Source of the DNA: an uncultured SAR86 cluster bacterium
GTDB lineage: Bacteria > Pseudomonadota > Gammaproteobacteria > Magnimaribacterales > AG-339-G14
NCBI GenBank assembly: GCA_902536295.1
Contig: CACAWS010000003.1
Span: forward strand, 41,606 to 105,605
Length of the DNA: 64,000 nt
Reading direction: 5' to 3'
Part shown: in pieces, positions 28,138-37,895 of the stretch
Layout: every line of letters begins with the position of its first letter
How positions within the stretch are numbered: the stretch's first letter is position 1
Position numbers and translations under genes: made by a program
Notes under the pieces: generated by a model
Seen by the model: only the letters and a program-made list of their open reading frames with translations
Database searches by the model: none
Told to the model about the DNA's origin: nothing

Positions 28138-28425
28138 ATGATTGGAGCTATTGCAAAACTTAAAATAAAGGACGGAGAACTTGAAGGATTTATAGAGGTT
28201 ATGAGGAAATTAGTTCAAGCAGTTTCTGATAATGAACCAGGTTGTGTTTATTATCAAATGCATGAAACTTCTGACTCACAAACAATCATGATGATTGAAG
28301 TTTATGAAGATGAAGATGCACATGCAAATCACACCCAAACAGAACATTTCAAAACTATTGGCATGGAATTAGCTCCTTTTTTAGCTGGAGCTCCAGAAAT
28401 AACAACCCATAAGCTAATAAGCTGA
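28138..28425 (+). CDS. antibiotic biosynthesis monooxygenase (ABM/YgiN-like) domain protein
   Basis: 95 aa, with EPGCVYYQMHE...IEVYEDEDAHANHTQTEHFK. An RBS (AGAGAGGA) lies upstream. Confidence 0.8.
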   Translation: MIGAIAKLKIKDGELEGFIEVMRKLVQAVSDNEPGCVYYQMHETSDSQTIMMIEVYEDEDAHANHTQTEHFKTIGMELAPFLAGAPEITTHKLIS

Positions 28426-29477
28426 AAAAGTATTATCTACAAGCTGTTGAAGACGGCCTAATAGAATATGATGATAATCAAGTTAGATTAATCGAAGTTC
28501 TTGAAGGAAGACTTGATCAGGCAAATACTAAATTAAATTTTCTTAACTTCTTTAAGACAAAGTCTCTGCCAAAAAGTATTTACATCTATGGTGAAGTTGG
28601 AAGAGGCAAAACTTTTTTGATGGATCTATTCTTTGAAGAAATTCCCTCAAAGAAAAAATTACGACTTCATTTTCATAGGTTTATGCAACTCCTTCATGAC
28701 GATTTAAACAAAATTAAAGGCCAAAGCGATCCTATAAAGAAAATAGTAAAAAAACTTACAAGAAAATATTCATTTTTTTGCTTCGATGAATTTTTTGTAG
28801 AAGATATAGGAGATGCGATGCTTCTTGGTAATTTTATGAAAGAATTTTTTAAAAACGATGCTTGTTTTATAACGACTTCGAACATAGAACCATCAAAACT
28901 CTATGAAGGCGGACTTCAAAGAAAACTTTTTTTGCCGGCTATAAAATCTATTCAAGAAAATTGTGACCTTTTTAATTTAGATTCAAAAAACGATTATAGA
29001 TTTAGAGCTTTAGAACAAAATAAATTATTCTTCTATCCCCTTTCATCTGAAGTTGAAAATAAACTTGAAGAAATTTTTGCGTCGTTGATTGGAATAAATA
29101 ACGTAAAAGTAAATGAAATTGAAATCCTTAAAAGAAAAATCAAAACCGTTAAATCTTCAAAGGGCGTGGTATGGTTTAATTTTAATCATATTTGCGATTC
29201 TCCTAGGAGCTCTTTGGATTACATAGAAATCTCAAAAGAGTTCCAAACTGTGATTATCTCAAAGATGCCAAAAATTAACTCGGATGATTCTGCCCGACGT
29301 TTTATAAGTCTCATTGATGAATGTTACGATAGAAAAGTTAAAGTAATAATTAGCGCTGAAGATAATTTTAAAGATATATATAAAGGTTCTAATTTGAAGG
29401 AAAAATTTAAAAGAACCATTAGCAGATTGATTGAAATGCAATCAGTTGATTATCTAAAAGAAGCTCATAAGGCTTGA
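28422..29477 (+). CDS. zapE: AFG1-family ATPase ZapE; N-terminus extended to a CTG because the Walker A lies upstream of the first canonical start
   Basis: The frame is open from 28413. Walker A GEVGRGKT is encoded at 28590-28613, and Walker B is FFCFDEFFVEDIGDA. The ORF-track start (TTG 28617 / ATG 28620) would delete the P-loop. The only start-like codon upstream is the CTG at 28422, which overlaps the TGA of the preceding gene. Confidence 0.7.
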   Translation: MKKYYLQAVEDGLIEYDDNQVRLIEVLEGRLDQANTKLNFLNFFKTKSLPKSIYIYGEVGRGKTFLMDLFFEEIPSKKKLRLHFHRFMQLLHDDLNKIKGQSDPIKKIVKKLTRKYSFFCFDEFFVEDIGDAMLLGNFMKEFFKNDACFITTSNIEPSKLYEGGLQRKLFLPAIKSIQENCDLFNLDSKNDYRFRALEQNKLFFYPLSSEVENKLEEIFASLIGINNVKVNEIEILKRKIKTVKSSKGVVWFNFNHICDSPRSSLDYIEISKEFQTVIISKMPKINSDDSARRFISLIDECYDRKVKVIISAEDNFKDIYKGSNLKEKFKRTISRLIEMQSVDYLKEAHKA

Positions 29478-29526
29478 ATTTATTTTAGATGGCACTAGAT
29501 ATAATAGTGTAAAATTAAATTGGTAA

Positions 29527-29859
29527 ATGAAAGAAGTAGTAGAAACAAATTTCTCAATAGGACAGGTTGTCAAACACAAATTTTTAGATTTCAGAGGTGT
29601 AATATTTGACGTTGATCCGGAATTTAATAACACCGAAGAATGGTATCAAAGCATTCCATCTCAAATAAGACCTAGTAAAGATCAACCCTTCTATCACGTT
29701 TTTGCTGAAAACGATGACGTGTTTTATACCGCTTATGTTTCTCAACAAAACTTACTCATTGACGACTCAAATAAACCAGTAGCTCATCCAGATGTCACTG
29801 CAAATTTTGGTCCTTTCAATGGTAAAGTCTATGAAATCCTTCAAGGCGTAAGAAATTAA
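29527..29859 (+). CDS. hspQ: heat shock protein HspQ (hemimethylated-DNA-binding YccV domain)
   Basis: The sequence FSIGQVVKHKFLDFRGVIFDVDPEF...QPFYHV matches HspQ. Confidence 0.85.
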   Translation: MKEVVETNFSIGQVVKHKFLDFRGVIFDVDPEFNNTEEWYQSIPSQIRPSKDQPFYHVFAENDDVFYTAYVSQQNLLIDDSNKPVAHPDVTANFGPFNGKVYEILQGVRN

Positions 29860-31058
29860 CCAGCTAACATCACAGAAATAATAAAAACTTCCATAGCTTT
29901 TTTTAGTTCAGAATTACTTATTTTAGAAGGTGAAATTCTTATATTCTGATCATGAGGATCTTTATTGTAAGGAAAAGTAGCGCCTACTTTGGTTAGCTTT
30001 AAACCTGCTAATTCACATAGATTATAAATCTTTTTTGCTTTTCCTGGTTTAGAATCAAAAGAGACAAAGTATCCGCCTGTTGGTTTAGTCCATGTCCCAA
30101 ATTCTGGCGGTAGCTTTGAAAGATAATTTTCAACAATTTCAAATTTCTTTGATATAAGGACTGCATGCTTTGACATATGGTCTTCAAGGGATTTTTTGTT
30201 TTTAAAAAACTTAGCGTGCTTTGCTTGATTAATTTTGTCTGATCCTACCCTGGTTTTATCATAAAATTTTAAAAAATTTGTTAAGACTTTTTCCGAGGAA
30301 GCTAAAAAAGAAATTCCAGCGCCTGCGAATGTTATTTTGCTAGTGCTAGCAAACATGATAATGTTGTTTGAAGTTTTAAATTTCTTACATAAATTAAATA
30401 TGTTCCCTAGTTTTTTTGATTTTTTAAAGTCATGAACACTATAAGCATTATCATAAAATATCATAAAGTCTTTTGATGCTTTCTTTGGTAGTTTAGCTAG
30501 CCTTTCTAAGACCTTAGAAGAATAAGTTTCTCCTGTAGGATTAGAATGTTTTGGCACGCAAATAATTCCTTTAATTGTCTTATCTTTTGCAACCAATTTT
30601 TCAACAATGTCCATATCTGGACCTTCTCCAGTTAATGGGACATTTATCATTATAATTCCTAGGGACTCTAATAGAGAAAAATGCCTATCATATCCAGGAA
30701 CAGGACATAAAAAAGATATTTTTTTATTTTTAATCCACGGGCTACCATTTAAACCTTTAAATAATAACGCTTGAAGAGCCATAAATGTTAAATTCAAACT
30801 GCTTGTACCATTTGCAATTACATTTTTGAAATTTACACCAAGTAACATTCCTCCTAATTTTCTAGCTGAATTTAATCCTTTAATAAGCCCATAATTTCTT
30901 ATATCTTCTCCTTCAAAAAAAAATTTATTTTTTAAAATTTGATCAAGTGGTTCAGACAATTTTAATTGTTCTTTAGAAGGCTGACCTCTAGTCAAATCTA
31001 AACTTAATTTTTCTTTTAAAAGTTTTTTGTAATTTTCTTTTATTTCAAATTTATTCAT
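29856..31058 (-). CDS. class I/II PLP-dependent aminotransferase (aspartate-aminotransferase-like PF12897-type)
   Basis: It has LDLTRGQPS near the N-terminus and a PLP lysine context STSKITFAGAGISF. Confidence 0.75.
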   Translation of the reverse strand: MNKFEIKENYKKLLKEKLSLDLTRGQPSKEQLKLSEPLDQILKNKFFFEGEDIRNYGLIKGLNSARKLGGMLLGVNFKNVIANGTSSLNLTFMALQALLFKGLNGSPWIKNKKISFLCPVPGYDRHFSLLESLGIIMINVPLTGEGPDMDIVEKLVAKDKTIKGIICVPKHSNPTGETYSSKVLERLAKLPKKASKDFMIFYDNAYSVHDFKKSKKLGNIFNLCKKFKTSNNIIMFASTSKITFAGAGISFLASSEKVLTNFLKFYDKTRVGSDKINQAKHAKFFKNKKSLEDHMSKHAVLISKKFEIVENYLSKLPPEFGTWTKPTGGYFVSFDSKPGKAKKIYNLCELAGLKLTKVGATFPYNKDPHDQNIRISPSKISNSELKKAMEVFIISVMLAG

Positions 31059-31064
31059 ATGTTT

Positions 31065-31709
31065 CTATCTTCTCAAAATAAGTAGATTATTTTCATTAGC
31101 GTACTTTTCCAACTTTTTATCTGGAGAAATAATAATACTATTAGGACAAGCTTTTATTAAAGGCAAATCATTTATAGAGTCAGTATAAAAGAATGACTCT
31201 TCAAGGTTATAATTATTCCTATCGCACCACTCTTGCACTTTCTCTAACTTTCCACTTGCAAACGCTGCTTTTTTCAATCTTCCAGTAATTTTATTATCAA
31301 TAATTTCGTATGAAGAACCAATAAATGAATCAACTTTAAAATATTTAGAATATCCTTCTACTATAAAATCTAAAGATCCCGAGGCAATTAATCGAAAATC
31401 ATCTTTGTGTTTATTTAATAACTCAAACGTTGTTGTATCAATAAGCTTTTCTTTATGGCTTTCGATAAAATCTGAAACTAATATATTAAGTTTTTCTATA
31501 CTCATTCCAATCAAAGGGTTTAGCAGGAAAGAACAATATTCGTCAAAATTAAGATTTCCGGCTCTATAATCTTTTTCAAATTCTTTTATTTTTTCTAAAT
31601 ATACCTCTTTTTTTATAAATCCTTTTGCAACTGTGAACTTTGCCCAGTGAAATTCGCTATCACCACAAAGCAAACTATCATCTAAGTCAAATATTGCTAA
31701 GCGCTTCAT
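31065..31709 (-). CDS. HAD-IB family hydrolase (phosphoserine phosphatase-like)
   Basis: Motif I is LAIFDLDDSLL, followed by ASGS and a C-terminal YTDSINDLPL. Confidence 0.8.
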   Translation of the reverse strand: MKRLAIFDLDDSLLCGDSEFHWAKFTVAKGFIKKEVYLEKIKEFEKDYRAGNLNFDEYCSFLLNPLIGMSIEKLNILVSDFIESHKEKLIDTTTFELLNKHKDDFRLIASGSLDFIVEGYSKYFKVDSFIGSSYEIIDNKITGRLKKAAFASGKLEKVQEWCDRNNYNLEESFFYTDSINDLPLIKACPNSIIISPDKKLEKYANENNLLILRR

Positions 31710-32164
31710 ACAAACTCTCTCAATTCTTTTAAAGCTTCTCTATAGGCTTCTTTCTTAAATTCAACAATTTTTGAGATAGGATACCAGTAAGATACCCAGT
31801 CAAACATGTCAAATTCTGGGGTGGCATCACAATATAAATTAATAGAACAGTTATCGTCTCTCACTTTCAATAAGTACCATGTTTGTAATTGTCCTTTGAA
31901 CTTTCCCCCCAATACCTTTGACCTCATTGATGAGGGAATATCGTATTTAATAGCACGTTTAGTTTTTCCGATAATTGATACGTCAGACTTTTCGAGCCCG
32001 ACTTCTTCATAGAGCTCTCTATACATTGCTTCCTCAAGAAGTTCATCTTTGTCGATTCCTCCCTGAGGAAACTGCCAATTCTCTGTTCCCTTTCTACGAC
32101 ATATTAAAACTTGCCTATGATTATTCATAACCACCATAGCAACATTTTTTCTGTAGCCTTCCAT
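31706..32164 (-). CDS. rppH: RNA pyrophosphohydrolase (Nudix)
   Basis: It has YRKNVAMVV, WQFPQGGI and the Nudix box GGIDKDELLEEAMYRELYEEVGL. The ATG at 32164 (MEGYRKNV) avoids overlap with the upstream gene. Confidence 0.88.
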   Translation of the reverse strand: MEGYRKNVAMVVMNNHRQVLICRRKGTENWQFPQGGIDKDELLEEAMYRELYEEVGLEKSDVSIIGKTKRAIKYDIPSSMRSKVLGGKFKGQLQTWYLLKVRDDNCSINLYCDATPEFDMFDWVSYWYPISKIVEFKKEAYREALKELREFV

Positions 32165-32168
32165 TTTT

Positions 32169-32921
32169 TTAAATTTGGATCTTAAAATCGAAGGAATTTT
32201 TCTCAATTTCATTAGCTGAATTGTCATATACTACTTCAGTTACTTTTGCTTGATCATCTTTGCTTATGGTAATTACTGTGGTTGATCTTGTTCCATAAAT
32301 TTCTGAAGTTATAAATCTTGAATCAAATTCTTTCCCATGGTTATTATTTATTTCATCTAAATTAAATTCATAATTTTTTTTCGGGGACTGCATCAGATCT
32401 ATCAGATCAGTGTGACTAAATTTACTTTTTAAAATTTTTTTAAAGTCTCGCTGGGCATTTTTGAGTTTTTCTGTGTTTGTATTAAGAGCTCTATTTCCAA
32501 TAACGACTAGTTCTTGATCAAAATGTTCAACTCCTTGGGAGGAAAGAATTGAAAAATCATTCAAATCAGAAACAATTAAATTAAAGCCTAAATAATTTTC
32601 TGTTTCTATTTTGGTTATATACTCTTTCGGATTTTCATTTGAATCGAAAAAGTTTTTAACTAGGTCTCCCCTTGATAAAAAATTTTTGTTTTCACCTAAC
32701 TTATAAAACTCTCTTACATTTGTAACCGCAGCAAATTTACCTTTGTTTGAAATTCCTAACCATGTCCCTTTTTGTTCAAGGTCTTGGCCGGCTAAAAGCC
32801 CTTCTGCCTCATTCCACCAAAACATGTTTTTAGTTTCCCTTTTATAGAATTCATCTCTATTTGACGTTAGAACAAACTTATAATTTCCATCTTTTGGCTT
32901 TGAAAGTAAGATTAAACACAT
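32169..32921 (-). CDS. NRDE/TANGO2-family (DUF833) protein
   Basis: The MC start (MCLILLSKP) and LTSNRDEF are the family signature. I prefer the ATG at 32921 over the TTG at 32936. Confidence 0.8.
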   Translation of the reverse strand: MCLILLSKPKDGNYKFVLTSNRDEFYKRETKNMFWWNEAEGLLAGQDLEQKGTWLGISNKGKFAAVTNVREFYKLGENKNFLSRGDLVKNFFDSNENPKEYITKIETENYLGFNLIVSDLNDFSILSSQGVEHFDQELVVIGNRALNTNTEKLKNAQRDFKKILKSKFSHTDLIDLMQSPKKNYEFNLDEINNNHGKEFDSRFITSEIYGTRSTTVITISKDDQAKVTEVVYDNSANEIEKNSFDFKIQI

Positions 32922-32975
32922 AACAGAAAATAGCAAAGTTTATCAGAGCAAAAAGATAAGAGATAATGTTAATTA

Positions 32976-33776
32976 ATGATTGAAATATTCATTTTTCTGG
33001 TAATCCTAGGAATTTTAGCTGGTTTAATTTCCGGCTTTTTTGGTATCGGTAGTGGCATAATTTTAGTACCTGCGTATTTTTTTCTTTTTAACTATTTAAA
33101 CTTTCCTGAAGAGATAATTCCTTTACTTGCTACCGGAACTTCTATGACAACTATGATTTTAGTTATTCCTAATGCTGCTTACACTCATTATCTCAATTCA
33201 AATGTAAATATGGAAATTGTTAAGAAAATGCTCTTATATACTTTTGTTTTTACAATATTTGCTAGGTATATAGCCTTGAATATGGAAAGCTTGACACTAC
33301 AGCTAATAATAGCATTTTCATTAATTTTTGCTGCATTTCAAGTTGCATTAGATATCAAACCAAAGGAAATAAAACCAAAAATAAACAATCTTGAGTTGGC
33401 ATTTATGTCTTGTAGTATAGGTCTTATTACTTCATTAGTTGGTATTGGAGGAGGTATTTTGATGGTTCCATATTTTACTTTCAGAGGATTATCAATTCGT
33501 GAAGCTATTGGCACTTCTTCTGTGATGGGTTTATTTATTGCTATCTCAGGAGCGATTGGAGCCTTTTTATTTGCTCCGATGGCCTCAAAAAATATAAATT
33601 TGATGTTTGGCTCTGCTTATATTCCTGCGGTATTCGTCGTAGGATTATCAAGTATTTATTTTGCCAAAATGGGAGCTAATATTTCTAACAATACTTCTTC
33701 TGAAAAATTAAAAGTAGCTTTTGCGATTGTTGTAATTATTTCAGCTATTAGAATTGTTTATGATTCTTTCATATGA
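32976..33776 (+). CDS. TauE/SafE (TSUP) family anion exporter membrane protein
   Basis: 266 aa and polytopic, with duplicated Gly-rich G-x-GGG motifs (GFFGIGSGIILVP, VGIGGGILMVP). Confidence 0.8.
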   Translation: MIEIFIFLVILGILAGLISGFFGIGSGIILVPAYFFLFNYLNFPEEIIPLLATGTSMTTMILVIPNAAYTHYLNSNVNMEIVKKMLLYTFVFTIFARYIALNMESLTLQLIIAFSLIFAAFQVALDIKPKEIKPKINNLELAFMSCSIGLITSLVGIGGGILMVPYFTFRGLSIREAIGTSSVMGLFIAISGAIGAFLFAPMASKNINLMFGSAYIPAVFVVGLSSIYFAKMGANISNNTSSEKLKVAFAIVVIISAIRIVYDSFI

Positions 33777-34579
33777 GCTTGACCATAGACCCAGTAGCTT
33801 TTCATATTCCTATTCCATTCTTAGGATGGTGGCCTATTTATTGGTATGGTATTAGCTGGGTACTCGCGATATTAACAATTCATTGGGTAGCAAAAAGAAC
33901 CATTCCTTCAACTGCAAGCTTTTCAAAACAACACATTGAAGATTTCTTATTTTATGGAGTGTTAGGGGCAATAATTGGTGGAAGGCTTGGTTACATGTTC
34001 TTTTACGGAATGCAACAAGTAATTCAGGATCCTTTTTCTATATTAAAAGTTTGGGAGGGTGGTTTATCTTTTCATGGTGGACTTTTAGGTGTTTTAGTAT
34101 CTTTTTTTATTTTTTGTAAAAAGAATAATATCTCTTTCTTTGAGTTTTCAGATCATATTGCTCTAAGCTTTCCATTAGGCTTAGGTATTGTAAGAATAGG
34201 AAATTTTTTGGGTGGTGAACTATTAGGCAGACAAACAGACCTCCCGTGGGGAATAATCTTTTGGAGCGACCCTTTACAAATAACTAGGCATCCTTCACAA
34301 ATATATCAGGCAATTTTGGAAGGCCCAATATTGTTTTTATTATTGTATTTTCTCTCAAGAAGAAATATTCCAAAAATGACAATGTCAGGAGCATTCTTAT
34401 TTTTATATGGAGTGTTTAGAGTTTTCACTGAGCAATTTAGATCTCCTGATTCACATATAGGTTTTGATTTATTTGATATCATAACCAGAGGACAGCTATT
34501 ATCTTCTCCAATGATTTTAATTGGCTCTACCTTATTAATTTTAGCTTTTAGAAAAAATAAAAATGCAACAATATCTTGA
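33773..34579 (+). CDS. lgt: prolipoprotein diacylglyceryl transferase
   Basis: Motifs [30 protein letters not shown] and HPSQIYQA. An ATGA overlaps the upstream stop. Confidence 0.92.
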   Translation: MSLTIDPVAFHIPIPFLGWWPIYWYGISWVLAILTIHWVAKRTIPSTASFSKQHIEDFLFYGVLGAIIGGRLGYMFFYGMQQVIQDPFSILKVWEGGLSFHGGLLGVLVSFFIFCKKNNISFFEFSDHIALSFPLGLGIVRIGNFLGGELLGRQTDLPWGIIFWSDPLQITRHPSQIYQAILEGPILFLLLYFLSRRNIPKMTMSGAFLFLYGVFRVFTEQFRSPDSHIGFDLFDIITRGQLLSSPMILIGSTLLILAFRKNKNATIS

Positions 34580-35357
34580 TTTAATGCAAAAAATTTTAGA
34601 CGAAGGAGTCGAAAGATCAGACAGAACTGGAACTGGAACAAAAAGTATTTTTGGTCATCAAATGCATTTTGATTTAAACGAGGGCTTTCCTCTAGTGACT
34701 ACAAAAAAAATTCATCTTAAATCTATAATTCATGAATTGATTTGGTTTCTCAAAGGCTCAACAAATATTTCTTATCTTAAAGATAATGGTGTTTCCATTT
34801 GGGATGAATGGGCCGATGAAAATGGTGAGTTAGGTCCAGTATATGGCGCTCAATGGAGGTCATGGCCAAATCCTGACAAGGAACCTATCGACCAAATTTC
34901 GAATTTAATTAAAAGTATAAAAGAGAATCCACATTCTAGGAGACATATTGTTAGTGGTTGGAATCCAACCTTAATAGATGAAATGGCACTTCCACCTTGC
35001 CATACTTTGTTTCAATTTTATGTTGCTGGAGAGAACTTATCTTGTCAGCTGTACCAAAGAAGCGCGGATGTCTTTTTAGGAGTGCCTTTTAATATTGCCT
35101 CTTATGCACTTTTAACTCATATGGTGGCTCAAGTATGTAATCTTAAAGCGCATAAGTTCGTGCATACATTTGGTGATACTCATTTATATTTGAACCATAT
35201 AGAGCAAGCGAATCTCCAATTAACAAGGGATCCAAAACCTTTACCAAAACTTAAATTAAATGCTGAAATAGATAATATTTTTGACTTTAAATATGAAGAT
35301 ATAGAAGTTGTTAATTACGAATCTCATCCTCTAATTTCCGCTCCTATAGCTGTTTAA
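34563..35357 (+). CDS. thyA: thymidylate synthase
   Basis: Motifs [34 protein letters not shown] and [21 protein letters not shown]. Confidence 0.97.
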   Translation: MQQYLDLMQKILDEGVERSDRTGTGTKSIFGHQMHFDLNEGFPLVTTKKIHLKSIIHELIWFLKGSTNISYLKDNGVSIWDEWADENGELGPVYGAQWRSWPNPDKEPIDQISNLIKSIKENPHSRRHIVSGWNPTLIDEMALPPCHTLFQFYVAGENLSCQLYQRSADVFLGVPFNIASYALLTHMVAQVCNLKAHKFVHTFGDTHLYLNHIEQANLQLTRDPKPLPKLKLNAEIDNIFDFKYEDIEVVNYESHPLISAPIAV

Positions 35358-35839
35358 TGAAACTAACAGCAGTAGCGGCCATATCAAAAAATTTCGTAAT
35401 AGGTAAAGATAACTCTTTACCCTGGAATATACCTGAAGACCTAAAAAGATTTAAGAAACTAACTACTGGGAGTCCAATTGTGATGGGTCGAAAAACTTTT
35501 GAGTCAATTGGCCGCCCATTACCAAATCGAAAAAATATTATTTTGACCCAAAAAGGATTTAAATCTATTCATGATATAAAGGTTTTTAATAATTTGAAAG
35601 ATTTCTTGAAATTTTGTGAAAATTTAAATGATGAAGTCTTTGTTATCGGAGGTTCTGAAATATATAAAGCATTAGAGCCTTACTGCACAAAATTAGTCGT
35701 TACACATGTTCTCAAAAAATTTGACGGAGATGCTTTTTTTACTATTGATTTAAGTAAATGGAATGAGATTTCTTCTGAAAAGTTTATAGACGAGAGTAGT
35801 CAGCTAAGTTGTGAAATAAAAACTTATATTAGAGACTAA
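35357..35839 (+). CDS. folA: dihydrofolate reductase
   Basis: Motifs LPWNIPEDLKRFKKLT and IVMGRKTFESIGRPLPNRKNIILT. It follows thyA. Confidence 0.93.
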   Translation: MKLTAVAAISKNFVIGKDNSLPWNIPEDLKRFKKLTTGSPIVMGRKTFESIGRPLPNRKNIILTQKGFKSIHDIKVFNNLKDFLKFCENLNDEVFVIGGSEIYKALEPYCTKLVVTHVLKKFDGDAFFTIDLSKWNEISSEKFIDESSQLSCEIKTYIRD

Positions 35840-37248
35840 CTGCTTTCCAAATCTTTTTTTCTTTGCTCAAGAATTTTTACTCTCTTAGCTTCTTGTTCAG
35901 TGAATGTTAACCAGGTAAGTGCTTGTTCCCTCAATTTGTCTTGTTTCTCTTCTTTCTTTTTTTTATCTTTTATTTGAATGTCAGATAATCTATCAAGGGC
36001 TTTACGGAAAAAGATTGTTGCATCATCAAAATTTTGTTGTTCGTAAGAAACTTGACCGAGCAAAATATTAACAGTTACCGGATCTTTAAGTTTTCCTTTT
36101 TCCAATCCTAATTTTAACGAATCCTTAGCTAGTTCATATCTGTCAGTAGCAAGATATAATTGACCCAAAAATACAAATAACTCCCCTTCTTCTGATTTTT
36201 CAGCGGCTTCTTTATAAAGCGGTTCTGCTTTTTTTAACTCCTGTGACATGTGCCATCCTTGAGCAAGCATTTTCAAGTTTTTCTCTTTTCTTTCAACAAA
36301 TTCTTCATCAAAACCATACTGTAATGCTTTTGCTGCTTTATACGGAGCATCGGCTCTCATGAATAATTGATATAGAGCAATATATTCTGATTCTTTATTC
36401 AGTAATCTCTGATCATGTGCTGCTTCCAAAGCCGAAAGCTGATTGCTCTCTTGTTTTAAAGTTCCATATAAGGAAGAGAGTTGCACCCAATATCTTTTCT
36501 TAGGATAAAAGTCTACTAACTCTATATATAAAGGAAGCATCTCATCAGTTTTTTCGGCTTCATTGTAAAGTGCTAAAAGTAAATTATACGTAGACTCTCT
36601 CGGCTTTGAGCTGTTTGCCTTAGCAACACACATTGCAGTGTCTGCATTTTTTAAAGCTAGTTTCTTTTCATTTAACTGCCAATGAGCTGCAGCCATTATA
36701 TCGAATCCCGTTGAACTTGGATTAGCTTCAACCGTTAACCATTCTCTCATTCTTTCAATTGCCTTTCTATAATCTTCTTTAGAATAAGATATTTGAGCTA
36801 GACTAAAAATTACATTTGAACGGAGTCTTGGATCAGCGTCTTCAATTTTTAAAAAATTGAAATAATCCTTTTCAGCTTCTCCTAATTTATCTTGGCTAAA
36901 GTGAACATAGGCAAAGTAATACCACATTTGCGCTCTGTCCTTTTCTTCAAGATCTTCATCAATTTTCATTTCATTTAAAATTTCCAAAGCTAGCTCTAAA
37001 TTATCTTCTTCCAAAGAAGGATAAAGTCGCTTTAAATATTTTTGAGCTTTTTGGCTTGGTAGTTTTGCAACTCTTCTATTTGATTGTTTTTGAATGTCAT
37101 AACCTCTTAAACATTTATCTAAAGAATATCCAGGAAATTTAAATTCTCTTTCTTCTTTTTCTTGAGCCACCAATGATGGGCTAAGAAAAAATATAATAAA
37201 TAAAAATAATAAAAATTTGATTTGTTTCATTAGATCATCTCCAAACAA
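35836..37248 (-). CDS. periplasmic tetratricopeptide-repeat protein of the TonB2-type cluster (TtpD-like)
   Basis: It has a signal peptide and repeated TPR-like A/Y/L patterns. It is the terminal gene of the exbB-exbD-tonB string and overlaps the tonB stop by 19 nt. Confidence 0.7.
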   Translation of the reverse strand: MFGDDLMKQIKFLLFLFIIFFLSPSLVAQEKEEREFKFPGYSLDKCLRGYDIQKQSNRRVAKLPSQKAQKYLKRLYPSLEEDNLELALEILNEMKIDEDLEEKDRAQMWYYFAYVHFSQDKLGEAEKDYFNFLKIEDADPRLRSNVIFSLAQISYSKEDYRKAIERMREWLTVEANPSSTGFDIMAAAHWQLNEKKLALKNADTAMCVAKANSSKPRESTYNLLLALYNEAEKTDEMLPLYIELVDFYPKKRYWVQLSSLYGTLKQESNQLSALEAAHDQRLLNKESEYIALYQLFMRADAPYKAAKALQYGFDEEFVERKEKNLKMLAQGWHMSQELKKAEPLYKEAAEKSEEGELFVFLGQLYLATDRYELAKDSLKLGLEKGKLKDPVTVNILLGQVSYEQQNFDDATIFFRKALDRLSDIQIKDKKKKEEKQDKLREQALTWLTFTEQEAKRVKILEQRKKDLESS

Positions 37249-37895
37249 TTTTCAGGCACATACCCAGGGCCTTTGCCTTCACCTTCTAATATAAAAGTTA
37301 TCCTCTGTCTAACTCCCTCAACTGCAACAGCAACTCCATCTCTGATAAGAGGCTTATATTTATATCTTAGCGCAGCTCTAGTAGCAGCTCTATCGAAAAT
37401 TCCAGGCGGATTAGCTTGAATAACCACAGGCTCAGAAACCGATCCAAGCGGAGTAACTGTATATTCCAATAGTACACATCCCTCTATTCCTCTTTCTGCA
37501 GCTCTCCTGGGATATTGTGGAGGTACTTGGAAGATTGGAACATAAGATCCATCAGCAAAAACTCCTTGTCTTTTAGCTTTGAAATTAAAATTTAAATTCA
37601 TAGAATCGTCGAAATCTTCAACTGTATCTATATCAACATCTGGTGGTAATTGATCAGGCTCTGGCTCGGCTTCTTCAGGCCTTTCGAAGTTATCAATTAA
37701 TTCTAGTTCTTTTGGAGGCATCACAATGTCTACGATTTTTCTTGTTTTAATTTCATCTAAAGAGACATCCCCAGTGGCAATTAGGACTGCCATCAAAATT
37801 AAAGATGCTAGAGAAACAGTTGTCCCCGCAGCAGCGGCAAGACCGTACTTTTGATAAATGTTATCTAAATCAGTATTTAAAAATTTGTCAATCAT
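37230..37895 (-). CDS. tonB: energy transducer TonB
   Basis: It has an N-terminal anchor, an acidic/Pro-rich linker (EEAEPEPDQLPPDVD) and a C-terminal domain (PQYPRRAAERGIEGCVLLEYTV...ALRYKYKP). Confidence 0.88.
   Translation of the reverse strand: MIDKFLNTDLDNIYQKYGLAAAAGTTVSLASLILMAVLIATGDVSLDEIKTRKIVDIVMPPKELELIDNFERPEEAEPEPDQLPPDVDIDTVEDFDDSMNLNFNFKAKRQGVFADGSYVPIFQVPPQYPRRAAERGIEGCVLLEYTVTPLGSVSEPVVIQANPPGIFDRAATRAALRYKYKPLIRDGVAVAVEGVRQRITFILEGEGKGPGYVPENCLEMI

Noticed and set aside
9846-28425. Genomic island integrated at tRNA-Phe, since the accessory-looking genes start right after the tRNA
   Set aside because: I found no integrase, transposase or phage gene, and by eye no direct repeat of the tRNA 3' end downstream. 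The compaction style is the same as in the rest of the window. The question stays open only in the sense that a computed repeat search and GC/codon analysis could revisit it.
28408-28425. Programmed frameshift fusing the ABM protein to ZapE
   Set aside because: The zapE frame has a TAA at 28410, so only about 4 codons are available for a shift, and no slippery heptamer precedes the ABM stop. A coupled CTG start or a sequence error is the simpler explanation.
29473-29505. Sigma-32 promoter for hspQ (CTTGAA at 29473-29478) or a sigma-70 promoter using TATAAT at 29500-29505
   Set aside because: No CCCCAT-like -10 element lies at the sigma-32 spacing. The TATAAT box lies 20-21 nt from the TTGAA-type -35 element, which is too far. 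Neither is called.
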